A stretch of DNA of 64,000 nucleotides from Tubiluchus corallicola (Eukaryota > Animalia > Priapulida), in NCBI GenBank assembly GCA_030141605.1, contig JAQGDQ010000171.1:186001-250000 (forward strand), read 5' to 3'. This document shows, one piece after another, positions 1 through 13,550 of this stretch. The notes under the pieces were generated by a model. That model worked only from the letters and a program-made list of their open reading frames with translations, did not search any database and was not told where the DNA came from. Each line of letters opens with the position of its first letter. Positions within the stretch are counted from its first letter, which is position 1. The position numbers and the translations under genes are program-made.

Positions 1-112
1 TGCTTGCCTACCTATCTACCTACCTACCTACCTACTTGCTTGTCCAGCTAAATACTTAGCTGTCTACCTACCTACCTACCTACATACATGCCTACTTACC
101 TACCCATCTACC
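1..112. repeat. Degenerate (CCTA)n tetranucleotide microsatellite, truncated by the window edge
   Basis: Repeated cctacctaccta/ctacttgc units from position 1. Confidence 0.8.
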
Positions 113-235
113 TGTGAAAGTGTTCTGACCGATGATGCAGCATAAAAGCAATAAAGAGGTATCATATAGCTAGCAACAATTATGACCGTTGTTTTTGAAC
201 TCGGATTCCGCTAAAACAAATCAGACGTTCTTTAA

Positions 236-805
236 AGGAAATGTCAACCTTTCTAAGAAGTTAGGCTTGTTTCATTGTTCTTAGAAGGATTGTCATTGTC
301 ATTGTTCATTGTCGTTATTTAGAAGGATGTAGTAATAAAGCTGCAATAAGCGCCTGGTGTAACTAGTAAAGTCAGTTTAAAGTCGCGATCACTTCAAGCT
401 TGGGCGCTTCCATTTTCAATGTCTATTCTTCCAATTCGCCTTGAAGTTAAACAACTCAACGTCCATCTTCTACAAAATAATAATAAGTTTTTACAAAAAA
501 ATAGATAGCTAATTTTGTAGCTTTTTTGGGTGAATATTACATAAGCTGCAGAAGTTTGAATTAGTTTAAGCAGCGGGCGCTCACGGACAGCTACGATGCA
601 CTTACGGAAAGCCACGAAGTCTCCCAGTTACGTCACGATTTTCAAGTAAATAGCGGCGACCTCCACGCCTGAAAATTTCTATTCAGAGGTAGAATATTTT
701 AATTTGTGCTTTTTAGGCAGTTCTTTGCAAATTTTTTCGTTATATTTTAACAGTAAGTGATAACAGTAAAATAAACCCAACATACTGAGTGACTTGTCCT
801 TTCCT
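236..805. mobile_element. Kolobok-like non-autonomous DNA transposon (family B)
   Basis: Flanked by TTAA at 232-235 and 806-809. The ends AGGAAATGTCAA and TTGTCCTTTCCT form an imperfect short TIR with RR..YY termini, the pattern expected for Kolobok. Confidence 0.55.
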
Positions 806-1700
806 TTAATCTGTATATCACCTCATCTCATGTCAATACTAAAGACGTGGAGACTCATAATAATATTCGTAAAGCGTCGCCAAAAGGTACAAAGTCGTTC
901 GTGAGAAAGCGAAAAATCTTGGAATGTAAAGACAGTCCTTCTTGAATGAAAATAATTTCTTTTCTTTTTCTTCCTTTCATTTTATTATTTTTCAATGTTT
1001 CCGCTACTTTTTTGTCTTTCATTTCTTCCCTTTTTCTGGATCAAGTCCAGCCATGTCCACTGTCCAGTCGTGGTTGCAGATTAGTTCCAACATTTGACTT
1101 TATTTCAAATCATTTAAATTTTTCACTCCTGTTTTCACACAAATGCTGTGTATGTTTCTGTAGTTTACAATCCTTTGTCTATTACATTGTTTTGGCGTTT
1201 GCTTGGTATGCTTTGAGTGACCTGCAATCACTCATCTCAAAGACCTGCTAACCAATAACCGATTACCGTCTTTCCGCACAGCTCAGCTGCTAATTGCCAG
1301 ATGCGGATGACTTCACTATATTCATCGAGGACCATCCATCATGATCAATGGTGACCTGCAAATGGCAACCTCCCTGCAGTTACATGAGCTTTGCTGACAT
1401 CGACAATGCTCCGTAGTTAGTAAATTAATTAGTCAAGCTCTCAAAGTGTATGAAAATATACTTTTGTTATTGCTCGCGTAATGTTAAGACATTTTTGTTC
1501 ACATCTTATTGTTCTAGTTTCTGTCGCAGTAATTTCTAGCTGTTGCATAAACGCGACCGTCTAGTAAAACTTCATGTTTCGTACAATATTGCCCCCCGAA
1601 AGTTTTTTTAATTATGTTGTGCAATTGTGTAATTTGTGTAAACAATCGTATTGATCACTTTAAGGTATTACTACGTAAACGTTTTTTAGCCTAAGAAATG

Positions 1701-1754
1701 TGCTGTTGCTGTTGCTGTTGTTGTTGTTGTTGTTGTTGTTGCTGTTGTTGTTGC

Positions 1755-1844
<90 letters not shown>

Positions 1845-1925
1845 CGTTGTCGATGTCGTCGTCGTCGTCATCGTCGTCGCTGTTGTCGTCGTCGTCGTCG
1901 TCATCGTCATCGTCGTCGCTGTTGT
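1701..1925. repeat. Compound (GTT)n/(GTC)n trinucleotide microsatellite
   Basis: Direct reading. It explains the homopolymer ORFs at 1660-2003. Confidence 0.95.
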
Positions 1926-2108
1926 AAGGTAAGTAAAAGCCGACGGTTGCGATTACGATGCTCAAGAGAACTTGTAGAATGCAGCGTTTGTGCTAAAACG
2001 TAAAACTGTCGCAAATACATTACAATGTAAATTTTCTTTTTTCAGCTTTCATCGAAAGATCCTACATGAGTGATTCTCTTCAAAATTTCAAGTGAGGAAA
2101 AGGCCAAG

Positions 2109-3230
2109 ATGGATTCTAACAACAAAACTATACGCAACGAAACATTTGATCCTTATAAGCCAATTAACGAAAGACTAGAAACTTATATAGTTCCAGTTGT
2201 GTTCGGTCTGATATTTCTGCTGGGCACAATAGGAAATGGAACACTAATCTTTATCGTGCTGAAACACAAGTGTATGAGAAATGTACCTAACATTTACATA
2301 GTTAGTCTTTCCATGGCAGACTTCGTTCTAATTCTAGTTTCTGTTCCCTTTACCAGCACCATATTCACTTTCAACAGTTGGCCATATGGGGAGGCTGTGT
2401 GCAAGATGAACAACTTTTTCCAGTCAATGTCCGTTGGCGTGTCCGTGTTTACACTAACGGCACTGAGTGCCGATCGCTACACGGCCATAGTAGACCCAAT
2501 GAAAAAACATATGGGCAACCCTCAGATTCGGACAATTATAATATCTGTAGGCATTTGGGTGACGGCCATTCTACTGGCAAGTCCAGAGGCAGTTATATCA
2601 TACATCAAGAAAGCACCAATAACAACAGGAGGCACGGTTGACGTCTGTTACCCATATCCAGCAGAGTGGGACAAATGGTATCCGAAATTCCACACAATGT
2701 TTCGCTTTCTCGCGTACTTTCTCGTCCCGCTTGTGATCATCGGGTCATTCTACGGACTGATGGCAAAAAATCTGGTGCTCAGCACGGTGAACATGCCCGG
2801 AGAGAAGACGGCGCAGGGTCAAGGTGCCGTGCAGGCAAACAGGCAAATGGAAGCTCGAAAGAAAGTGGCAAAGATGGTGTTAATGTTCGTGATTCTATTC
2901 GTAATTTGTTGGTCTCCCATCCACATCTTCACGTTGTGGTTTCACTTCAATCCAAGCTCCAGAGAAATGTGGAACCACGGGTGGCTGGCGTTTCGGATAA
3001 CCGGCTTTTGTTTGTCGTTCATGAACTCGTGCATCAACCCTGTAGCTCTTTACTGTCTCAGCAAGCAGTTTAGAAAGTACTACAATCGTTATCTGTTCTG
3101 TTGGTGCACCAGGAAGACGCAAGAACGCTCAGGAGGGCAGACGTCTACTATGTATAATTTCAACAGCACTGTAAGAAGAGGTAGTCAAACATCTTACACA
3201 ATGGTGACGTCGCATTCAGCAGTTTTATAA
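2109..3230 (+). CDS. Class A neuropeptide GPCR, CCHamide/excitatory-peptide (bombesin/GRP/endothelin receptor-like) family; single-exon CDS, 373 aa
   Basis: Seven hydrophobic segments with GTIGNGTL (TM1), MRNVPNIYIVSLSMAD (TM2), WPYGEAVCK, LSADRY, ARKKVAKMVL..FVICWSP (TM6) and MNSCINPVALY (TM7). NPxALY and RNVPN are typical of the bombesin/CCHamide group. N-glycosylation sequons NKT and NET lie in the N-terminus. A splice acceptor (tttttcag) ends at 2045, upstream of ATG 2109. Confidence 0.93.
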   Translation: MDSNNKTIRNETFDPYKPINERLETYIVPVVFGLIFLLGTIGNGTLIFIVLKHKCMRNVPNIYIVSLSMADFVLILVSVPFTSTIFTFNSWPYGEAVCKMNNFFQSMSVGVSVFTLTALSADRYTAIVDPMKKHMGNPQIRTIIISVGIWVTAILLASPEAVISYIKKAPITTGGTVDVCYPYPAEWDKWYPKFHTMFRFLAYFLVPLVIIGSFYGLMAKNLVLSTVNMPGEKTAQGQGAVQANRQMEARKKVAKMVLMFVILFVICWSPIHIFTLWFHFNPSSREMWNHGWLAFRITGFCLSFMNSCINPVALYCLSKQFRKYYNRYLFCWCTRKTQERSGGQTSTMYNFNSTVRRGSQTSYTMVTSHSAVL

Positions 3231-3327
3231 AAAAATATTCAGTTAATCGTTACTTTAATTATTATTTTGATTGTTTAAGTGAGAAGAATGTTTACATAAT
3301 ATTAATCATATAAATAGTGCTTTGCAG

Positions 3328-3843
3328 CAGTGGCGGCTCGTGTACAGGTACTGTGGAACTGCAGCACCCCCATTTTCACTCGATGTTATCGATAATATTC
3401 AATATAATAAGTCTTTTTTCTTTAGTTCTTTCTTTATACTTGTATGGAACCAAAGCACGTGAGGGTAGTACTGTTTGCTTCAAAGGCCAACACAGTGCGC
3501 TCCAGTAACGCGGCGTTTGGCTGTTGTGCGTATGGGGCCATGCGAACGTGAGCCCAGCTAGAGAAAGTACTGTCGCTCACACAGTTTGTTGTCAGTTGTC
3601 ACCGTGAATGGATCAAGCTTGAACTACGACGATTTACGTTATTCGTAAGCAAGAAATATTTTTTTGTGTAGGATTTTATCAAGTATATGTATAAACTTTC
3701 GTATTTTTGTTTGTTTAAATTTACAGTTACAAATTACAACATTAAAATTACATATGTTTGTTTCGTTTTACAAAGTATTAAAACAATGACTAAAAATGCT
3801 CTGAAGCAGCAACCCCACTACTTTTAACTACGGGTCGCCACTG
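3328..3843. mobile_element. hAT-like MITE just downstream of the GPCR stop
   Basis: TIR CAGTGGCGGCTCGT ... ACGGGTCGCCACTG, and subterminal GCAGCACCCC/GCAGCAACCCC motifs. The flanks ctttgcag/tttgacag resemble a decayed TSD. Confidence 0.6.
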
Positions 3844-5088
3844 TTTGACAGACATGCTGAACTCATTGTTGCAAACTTTAAAGCTTGTTTCTCAAGACAG
3901 GACAAAAATTTCTACAAAAATTATTGTAGTTTGGCTGATCATACTAACATGAAGGGCAAGCATCATCAAACTATCTAAGACCTTCACCACTACCCAATGA
4001 GTTGCTTGGGCGAAATTAGCATTATTCATTCTGTGAAATGATATTCAACAGTTTTCCGATAGAATATTCTGCGTATGAAGCATTTACGCAAAACAAGTTA
4101 ATTTAAATGGAAATTATAGCAATTTAACAAAAGTTAATTTTAGAAGGAAACAATTGCCACGCAACATTGTAAATTAAGTTTCAATTGAGTTTATTTCACT
4201 TAAGCAGGAAAGTAAAGTCTGTCATGTAACATATCTATTTTATTATGTATGATAATTGTAATGGTAACGTTTTCCATTGTATCACTTTTTTATCTAATTG
4301 TAAATCTTTATATAACTACAGTATAAGTGTACGTGCTCATTAACTGCTCAAACCGCAGCTTAAGTCCTGCGACTTTTACGATCACTGGAATATCGATGGA
4401 TTAATTAAAAAGCACTAAAACAATTTTTAAAAATTTCGTCCTTTTGTAAAACTGAACCATCGAGACTTATTCATAAAATGCTTGTTGTGCGTTTTGATGT
4501 TTTTGTTGAAATAAGTATAAATATTTTGCAAGAAACTGTATTGAACCTGGCAGTTGTTTTGTCATATGGGAATTTTAGTCCTATTCGATGAATATATGAT
4601 TTCAGTGCAAGTCGCTTGCCTGGGCACAACTACTTTGCTGTGCGTTTTCACAACGTCTCCGATAAGGCGGTCCATGCATGCTCTAGCGGTAGTCAGACAC
4701 TTTCACGCTAATCAGACAAATGCGTCCTCAGAGAATATAACAATCATGTCTAAAAATTGATTTATTTTTGAAACACTTGCAACAGCCACTGTGAGGCCGC
4801 GAGCTAGAAATGTATCTTAAAGTACTTAGGATGTTACAGAAAGATCAAGACAAAGATGTTTCTCTCAACTTCATTCCTTGATCGAACTTGTTAATTCCGC
4901 TCCGTGGAAATAATTCAGAATCATATTAACGGTTGCACAAAAGAGATCTCAGGACGCTGGAAAGTTTTTCGCTGCCCGCCAACTGTTCCTTTTTCGTTCC
5001 AGCAGCTACAGGACACAATGAATTAAACGCATTGTGAACTTGCGATTTTTGGATTACTACTACAAGAGAATCAAACCGTAGTACTTAA

Positions 5089-5737
5089 ATGACAAAATAA
5101 TTGATACCTGGAGTAGGTTTCAGAAAAACTGCTTTAAAAATTATATCGTGCTCGTGTTGAAAGAAATGTTTGTTTGTCTCATTTGAAATCTCCCGCAAAA
5201 CTGTTCCGACGGCGCCATTACATGACGTCATCTACGCACAACAAAAAATCAGACTAGAAAAGGCAATGTTAAATTATCTTAAAAAACTTTCCGTGCAAAT
5301 CTACATTACTTATCATTTCGCTCACCTGCTGGAAAGACTTATGTAACTAGAAATAAACAATTTAAAACGTTCGTGCCAATGGGTAAAATGTTGCTGGCTC
5401 ACCCTCCAGGGTGCGCCACTCGCTAACCAAAAAACGAATTTTTAATTTTATTGGCAAGATACAATAATATAAAATTTTACTTAGTTTGTAACATGTGTGC
5501 GCTACGGAATGCTTATTTTTTCAAACTTCAAACAATGTTATCTAAACTTGTTTCTAACGACCTATCATCAAAATGTTTGCATCTCACAGTCATCGATTAA
5601 ACAGTTTACAAGTTTTACACAGCGTCACTGTCGACGCGAGCCCTTTATGCAAAAAGGTAGTATGTAAGTGGTATAAAATTTCAAGACGACTTTTTGAGCT
5701 TTATGTACATTACTTCCGGTATCCCTTTTCTTGTCGT
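5089..5737 (+). mobile_element. Kolobok-like MITE family A, copy 1 (degenerate)
   Basis: TTAA on both sides. The internal sequence (tacctggagtaggtttc, ggctcaccctccagggtgcgccactc, aaaaaggtagtatgtaagtg) matches the copies at 14194, 22460, 37204, 40989 and 45230. Confidence 0.8.
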
Positions 5738-8539
5738 TTAACGCCACCATGCCTTAATACTATCCTAATTTGACGAGTACTTTCTCGGCCGGAAATGTGT
5801 GAACAAAAATACCGAAGCGTTCTCCTAGGGACAAATTAGTTCGTTTAGATGACGACCGCACCATATTTTACAGCTCTGTTTGTGATGCCCCTGTGTCAAA
5901 ACAACGTCAACATCCTACGTAAACGCATCAGTGACTTCTTGGCGTGTAATTCGTCGAGAGTGTTTCAATTCAATCACGAGTTTATATTTACAAGAAAATA
6001 ATATGTAAATTCGGATAGATTCCGAAAGCTTGCCTGATTGGTTCAAAACCTCCGACAATTTTCTTCATTCAAGCAGGAAATGTCGTTGTCAAAGGAAACA
6101 AGATACTGCCAAAGTCAACGATGTAAATCTAGTTACAGATCATTCCTGATTTTCTCGAAATTTGCCATGCCGGTGGTGTGATTTCTTTAGAGAAATGCAT
6201 AATCATGTATGCAATATTTTAACAGTAGGCATGAAACAGAGGCTTAGTCTAGATTTCTCTAACCACCAAACATTCTATCTATTAGATAAATGCGTTACCA
6301 AATGTTTGAAATGAAGTAAAAAAATAGCTAAGATGTTTCCGGGGCTAGGCATTCGTATCCCACTTATAGTAAGTTGTCCCGCTTAGTTGTCTGTTAGTAT
6401 AAACAGAATCTAGTTGATATCAACATAAAACTGTTATTATACTTGTACAAAATCTGAAAATAATAACCAAAAATTAACATTTTTTGACCAAAAATAAAGC
6501 TATGAAATTCCCAGGTGCAAATATTTACGGACGTGACAAGCTGCTAGAACTGTGACCAAATGACCAGCTGGCAAGCTAACGACGTGTTCTTCTTTTACTA
6601 GGTTAACGAGCTTTACTTTGACTAACAAGTATCCACGTTACAGTAAATCATTTATTTGGCTTTTCAATTTGATCACGATTTTGGCCTGACTGATGCTAGT
6701 TAAATTTACCCTTTTGCTTTCATGACAATTTTCTCACCTACGAAAACTGGCTTTGTTTTCTCATTATTATCAAAATTTCAGCATCTTTTCAAGAAATTTC
6801 TTTCAAACTTCATGAAGCTTTCCCAGAACTTGTGGTTGTATGAAACGAAAAAATGATCAGTTTTACAGTTTCTGTTCTATTATTCGACTTCATGAGACTT
6901 GACTGGATCAGATTTGATTGGCTTGAATTGGATCGATTTGGACTGGACAGGGTAGGAGTGAACTGGACTAGACATGATTGGTTACATTATTGCTTTATTT
7001 TGGTAAAAAAACATACAAAATGGTACCATTTTTACAAATATACATACAAACAAGTATTCACCAACAATTTTTTAAACTCTAGTGTTTGTTTTTATTTTCC
7101 AGCAGTCTTAAAGGAAGAACCAACCCTCGAACAACATTTATTGCATTTTAATATACTATTATTAAAGATATTGAAATCACCACACCATTTTTTATTTCCC
7201 GCCAAACGAACGTCGCTGCCGGCATCTTTGAAAAGAATGACGTAAGCTAGTGACTGCTGGACAGCGTGAATGCTGTGAATTCAAGCTGTGATAAAGGTAC
7301 GGGTTGCAAAATTTCTACAGTTCACTCAGAAGTTTAGTTATTCTTGCGTTATATTTAACTGTGCTTATGAAACAAGGTTATCAATTATGATCAAGGTTAA
7401 AGTGGTCACGTAGCTTTAACCCACAGGATTATACCACAAAATGTGTAAGTAGTGTACATTAACTGCGTAAATGCAATTAATTTGCAGACTTTTGTTGACT
7501 TTCAGGTATACATGTTGCGAGCATACAGTAGGCACCGGGTGGGTTACTTAGTTCATAGAGTTCGTTCTATAAGTCAAAAAAAGATTGCTGAAGCACTTGG
7601 CAAAATACCTGTTTATATTGCACAATAATCAGATTACGCCATTTTTCACCAAAATGAGCGCACCCAAGAGTGAAGTTAACGCGATTTTAAATTGAAATTA
7701 TTAATTACACGAGGTGCTTATCACAATTTCATTACTGGAACTTTCTAACATTTTTCTCAAATATTAGAATAAGCTCAACTTCCCGAGAGACTTGGCTTTT
7801 GCTTTAAGTTCTGAACCGTGGAATACATTGTGCATACGAAATCTGCACACTGACTAATGTTATTGACTAACTTTTGTACACTGACTAATGTTATTGACTA
7901 AATTTTGTACACTGGCTCGGTGAACGCAAAACTGCGAGAGACGTCTACTTTAAATCTATAAAAAGTTAAGCAATTAAGCTTGCTTAATTCAAATAGCATT
8001 ATTGTACTAAATATGGCACAAATTTTACTAGGATAATTAGTGACCTTGAACAGTTTGTTTGAAGTCAAGCGTTAATTTTCCAAAGAGTTTTGCTTTCTTG
8101 TGACTTAAAATCAGCTGTGTTACGAGGCTCATGTATATATACTGTATATCGTTTAATAACCATAAAATTTTTGTAAATAATACTGTCCATGTAAAGTTCT
8201 ATCCTGTAAGAACAATTTCGTAAGTACAAAACACATGTAACTTTATCAAAGTATACGAAGTATATATAACGTACTTTTGCAATTATAACATCCTCTGTGG
8301 GCAGATAATGAACAGTTTTACTTAATAATACACGCGAAATAAATAACGCAATATTTCTACTCAAGCTGCAAAAAAGGTAAAAATAACAAAAATAACAATA
8401 ACAAATAACACAAAATTCACACATTTTTAATACTTCGTGAATTTCACAGCAAACCGATTTCAAGAGAAGTAGCCTAGGCTCTGCATCAAAAATTAGCTCG
8501 GGTATAGTACTATAATGTTGGCAAATACAGTTTACTTTA

Positions 8540-8830
8540 CTAGCAGAAAGGGGGCGTACGAAATGCACATGGTTTTCGTCTTGACTACCAAGTCCACACT
8601 CACACGTCCATGGAATTCTCGCCCACCTTCCATGTTTGTATTTTCAACCTGTGTGAAGACAATTATAAACGATAGGTACTGATGCGAGCACATTCAGACT
8701 CATCAGCATCGTGGATGATATTTGGGGCTGCTTCAATTCTGGGTTAAAACGCACATCGTATACATGGATAGTAGGCTCTCGTCCTCTGTTGCTCGAGATT
8801 CCCTTACTTGATATGAACTGTCTGGACAAA
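8540..8830 (-). mobile_element. 3' remnant of a non-LTR retrotransposon (LINE) ORF2
   Basis: Frameshifted minus-strand translation gives YDVRFNPELKQPQI...LSSHRLKIQT/GRWARIP..CECGLGSQDENHVHF. This is the SSHxLxxxxGRW plus Cys/His motif found C-terminal of LINE RT. Same family as 26600-27440. Confidence 0.65.
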
Positions 8831-9360
8831 AAACATAATTAGCTTGCCATAAAACCACAATAAAGAACAGGATATGAAGCAGCCTTCACACACAATGTCA
8901 TTGTAAAGTTAATTATTCGTAATTGCCACTTTAATACTTTCCTCGACGTTTTAGCGACAATTTTTATTGCATATCTTGTTCGGGCTGATTAAAAATTCAA
9001 CAGCGTGATCATGTAAACATCAAGCGGCACTCTCAGCTTCCTCATCCTTGGTTAAGTGCATGAAATTTTAATGAACATAGTTAATTTTACAGTGTACGTT
9101 AATTTTGTAGTCTAGTGACAAACGAGAGAGACGGTTAATGATGGAACAATTTTACATTGACCTCAACAAGTCCATCTTAATTTCACTGTATATTTTTCGC
9201 TCCAATGAATACTTTTTAAGGACAAAGTACAAGATGCAGGTTTCATTTTGTGCTTCGATATAGGAATCCATGAAATCAATGATGCTAAGGAGAAAAGCTT
9301 CGTGCCGTTGCCAAGACCATTGTACAAATTTAATTAACACTAAACAATCATTTGATGCGA

Positions 9361-9505
9361 ATAAGCCTTTTCACAATTCCAACAATTGACGATGATCGTG
9401 AAAAGGTCAAAGGTTAAATGTACCAGACAACGCATTTGTGTACACTCGACAACGCCTCCCAGCCCATGCTACTGTAACACTAACAGTTTTGACAGCTAGC
9501 TAGAA
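9361..9505 (+). repeat. Unclassified dispersed repeat (further copies at ~45086-45228 + and ~26470-26530 -)
   Basis: Shared gatgatcgtgaaaagg...caccagacaacgcatttgtgtacact...cagcccatgctact...acagttttgaca.ctagctaga. Confidence 0.7.
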
Positions 9506-11892
9506 CCTTGCCTAGTTCAATTTTTTTGTTCCCAAGCAAGATCTTGCTAGTAAATCACTCTACGCACAGACTAATGCACAATTAAGTAAAATCCACGTAA
9601 AACGATCGAAGTTACTGAACTGATGCGGCAGACGGCTTTGCTTTACTGAAACGCTGTAAATATTATATCTGTCACTTTTATATTATACAGGTCGTTTTGT
9701 GTAAATTGATACTATTTGATTTTAGTTGTTCTTTTATTGGTATATTGATTTATTGGTATTTAAAGGTGTTACGAATATAGCAGCTATTTTATTTACAAAG
9801 TTTTTTTTAACCATACCCTGCAAATAGAGGGTCCCTGTATGTATTTTATGTAAATATTTGTATATGCGTTCAATTTTAAATTTTAAATAAAGAATTATAA
9901 TAATAATAATAATAATTACTGAAATGTCACGTGGCTAAACTTAACCTTTGACCTGCAACAACTGCGCGAGTCATCCATTTTTTGTATGTTTTGGGCTATC
10001 TACATGGCAAAAGCCGGTTGAACCAAAAATTCCTTACAAATCGCTTTGAGGGATTGCTGAGATGGCAATAATTTTTAGCCCAAAATAGATGATACAAGGC
10101 GATGTACTTCGACAAACTTAACAATTAAGAAATCATTTGCTGATTGACCTTCATAATGCTATACTTGGTGAAAGTGGCAGAATGCTGCTGCTGCCTGCTT
10201 TAAATTCGCGTTTAATTTCATTCATTCGCAATTCTTAGAAAAGTACGTAACTATGTTCATAAACAAAGTAAAAATTTTGCTAAAATAGTGGTAAACTAAC
10301 TCAACAATCAAACAGTTTTTTGTATAACTCCGTATGACTTTGAAAAGAAGGTGCAAATATGGGTGCCGGTACTTAACATGTTACGCAAAGATGAACAATA
10401 GATGTAGGACAATGACTAAAAACTAAACAAAATTTCATTTATTTAGATTTATTTCTCATAAAAAGCAATGATACGAAACAATAATTACAAAATGACATGC
10501 CAAAAAACTAATTGCTTACAATAAAACACTTCAATGTGTGCCGAAAGAAAATCTTGTAAGCACGACATTAATAGTGAGAAAGAGTTAAGCAAGACAAGGC
10601 AGGGTAGAAAATTAGGGTGTGTATAGAGAAGAATGCGATTAGATGTGCAGGTTAGTCAAGGGAGGTTATGTAACGTAATATGTACATTATATACAAGAAA
10701 CCTCTTGAGGTTAAATACCTTACATTAATTATACGCACATAGTACATTATGCATTACACAACTGCTTATGAAAATAAACGTAATAAACTACAATGCCGAA
10801 CACACGACATTTGACAAAAATATACATTGTATACATATATTGTATATTAACAAAATTTAAAAAACACACAAAAGCACAGGCAGTCAATAATTACTGAACA
10901 AATAATTTTTTACTACCTTCTTAAATTTGTAAATTGAGCGAAATCAGTAGTTATAATTCAAAAATAATTCATTTTATTAACGATCAAAAAGTTATTCGTC
11001 TCAGAAATGGTAGCAAATTATGTGTGGCACATCCAAAATAAATAAATACGTAACAAAATCAGTAAAGTAGAACAGGATGAGCTTGTAAAGAGCGCGTAAT
11101 GTTCTGGATACGGTTTACGTGTTTACAAATTAGACACTTGTGCATCAACCTCTGTCATAATAGCAGGTGCAAAGTGCTTAATTAACGTAACACCTAGTCC
11201 TCTCACAGCCAGCTCGGATGTGCGAAGTGACAGTGACCTGGACGCTTCCTTTGTCACAAAATATACTGTATTTACTACTAAATAACCACACTTTATGTCT
11301 ATCTATGCTCCACGTTCTTGTGAAAAAGCGGATTTGTCACTATTTTGTCAAAATCTCTCTTTATAGTGTTGTTGTGCACTAATAATTACGCAATTAAAGC
11401 CACGGAACAAATGAACTCACTACAGAATTAATTACTCAACAGGCTGTTTTCTGCACCTAAATCGTAATTGATGAACAACAAGCTCTGCAAGATGGAAAGC
11501 GCGTCGGATATTATTGTATTTAAGTGATTTATTCGTCTTGGCACTTAGCAAACGGAAAAGCGGCTTCGTCGAACGTAAAATTGAAAGATTGGATTCTTTT
11601 CACGAACAAAATTTTCGAAGGGCGAGATTTATACAGCTAGAAACCAGATATTGATGATTAGGATTAATTATTTGATTGAGCTAGAGATAATTATTTACAT
11701 ATAGTATTATCACGGAGAAGTCTGACATTGTAAGTAAATATTTACAATATTTTGCCTCATTATAAGAAAAACTAAGTGTTAACATTATTTTTATAATATT
11801 GCTATATTTGAATATTTGATTAAAATTAAAATTAAATATTGAATATTTAATTGCCAACTACTGCGTTGCTTTTACAATAACTGTCAATAATA

Positions 11893-13550
11893 CAGGGTGT
11901 TCCAAAGGAATAACACCAATGCGAAGGTAGGTAAAAAATGTCACAGGTAAAAAAGCCAAATGAAAAACTAGGTGAAAATTGTACAGGCAAAAATGACACA
12001 GGAAAAAATTGCACAAGAAAAAATAGCACGATAAAGTGGCACAGGAAAAAATGGCACAAATGGAAAAGTAACTAAAAATGCCGCAGGTAAAAATGGCACA
12101 GGAAAAATGGCACGCTTAGTAATATACGTGTTTAGGGTTAGGGTTACAGTGGGATATAATTATTTTAGCTATATTTACCTCTGCCAATGAAGTTCTGCTT
12201 CAACGCAGTTTATTTGTTTATTTGTCTGTCTGTTTGGTTGTTTTTTCTGTTATGGCAGACAAAGTTTTACGTCTTTGCAAAGACAAATTACGCAAAAACT
12301 ATCTAACAGATTTTCAAGAAACATTGTAAAGAAAGGCGGGTATAGAATGCTAAAATAGGAATTATTTCGCTGGTTCTTTTTTCGCAAAACTTAACCTAAC
12401 ACCGCGCACTAAAAACATTCGTGAAACACTTCTTATAGGTCTTAGAGGGAGAGTTTAGTACTTTTTATTATCTCCTCTAGGGCACACAGCTACGAGTTTG
12501 TTCCATGTTCATTTCGAGAAATTCTCGCTTGTAAAACTGTAAAGCTGTCTATAGCCTTTGCTTATTTATGTGTATAGTCTTATAAGGTGGCTTGGTATTT
12601 AAATACTTAATTTACGTATATATTTGTCAGTCTATTACCAACGCCAAATTAATGGTGCAAAAGGGTAGATAAACACTATGTGGAACAATCGTGGATTATT
12701 GACTATAAATCCAATTAATGAGACTTTTGCTAGTCTATATAATACCAATACTTGTACTGTTTTGTATGTTTGCTTGTTTGTCTTTGTGTTAATTTTTTTA
12801 ATCAAAAAAATCAGACAAATAAGTTTATAATTGTTCGGCTTTGACAGAGATCTGCTTTCTACTGAGCTCGTTCTAGTTTTATTATAGAAATCAATTGCAT
12901 CGATATAACATATGCGCCATTTTTCCTACTTTTTTATTCATGTCCTTTTTTACCTCTGCCATTTTTACCTATCTTTCCATTTGTGTCATTTTTCCTGTGC
13001 CATTTTTCCTGTGCCATTTCTCCACGTGCCATTTTTCCTGTGCCATTTTTACCTCTGTCATTGTACCTACCTTTCCATTTATGCCATTTTTTCACAATAC
13101 AGAAGCCCAGGTTAATTTCGCCACGTTTGCTACATTTAGTTTAAACATAGTTTATTTGGTTCAGTTTAGGCAGTTTTTAAAACTGATACACGAATCCTCA
13201 CCGTGCAAGTGTATGTGCAAGCAGAAATGCAGAAAATTTAAACTAATATAAATACAAACAACCTCAAAAGCTATATAGTACATACATACAAACACATATA
13301 AACAAACACATAACATACAAAGTTAGCAGATGTGACATAACAAATAATATAACAATTGAATAATGACAAAAGCTGTTTTAAAATTTACCGTAAAATACAT
13401 AAAAGCGACCCCAAAATTTGCAGTTAACAGCAACGTTAAAATCATCACTTCACAATGACAGCAGTTCACTGTTAATACATTGTAAAATATTAATACAGTA
13501 TGTAAATGTTTGCCATATTTCTACTGCACTGTTTCTTTTCGAACACCCTG
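11893..13550. mobile_element. Tc1/mariner-like MITE shell containing an inverted (AAAAATGGCACAGG)n foldback array and a nested Helentron-like insert
   Basis: TIR CAGGGTGTTCCAAAGGAA / rc CAGGGTGTTCGAAAAGAA, with TA on the left and TG on the right. The subrepeat arrays at ~11930-12115 and ~12915-13093 are in opposite orientation. Confidence 0.6.
12174..12878 (+). mobile_element. Non-autonomous Helentron/DINE-1-like (HINE) element
   Basis: 5' ttacctctgccaa, a short GTTT/GTCT microsatellite, aattacgcaaaaacta..cagatttt, the 3' inverted ttgacagaga, and a terminal ttctagtt in a T-rich site. Confidence 0.55.

Noticed and set aside
1660-2003. Poly-C/R/L/S/T/D/N ORFs
   Set aside because: Translations of a trinucleotide microsatellite; open in many frames with no flanking coding signal.
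8065-8568. 167-aa minus-strand ORF
   Set aside because: No recognisable domain or splice context; AT-rich tail downstream of a LINE remnant.
12131-12146. Telomeric TTAGGG repeat
   Set aside because: Only about 2.5 units inside a transposon; not an interstitial telomere array.
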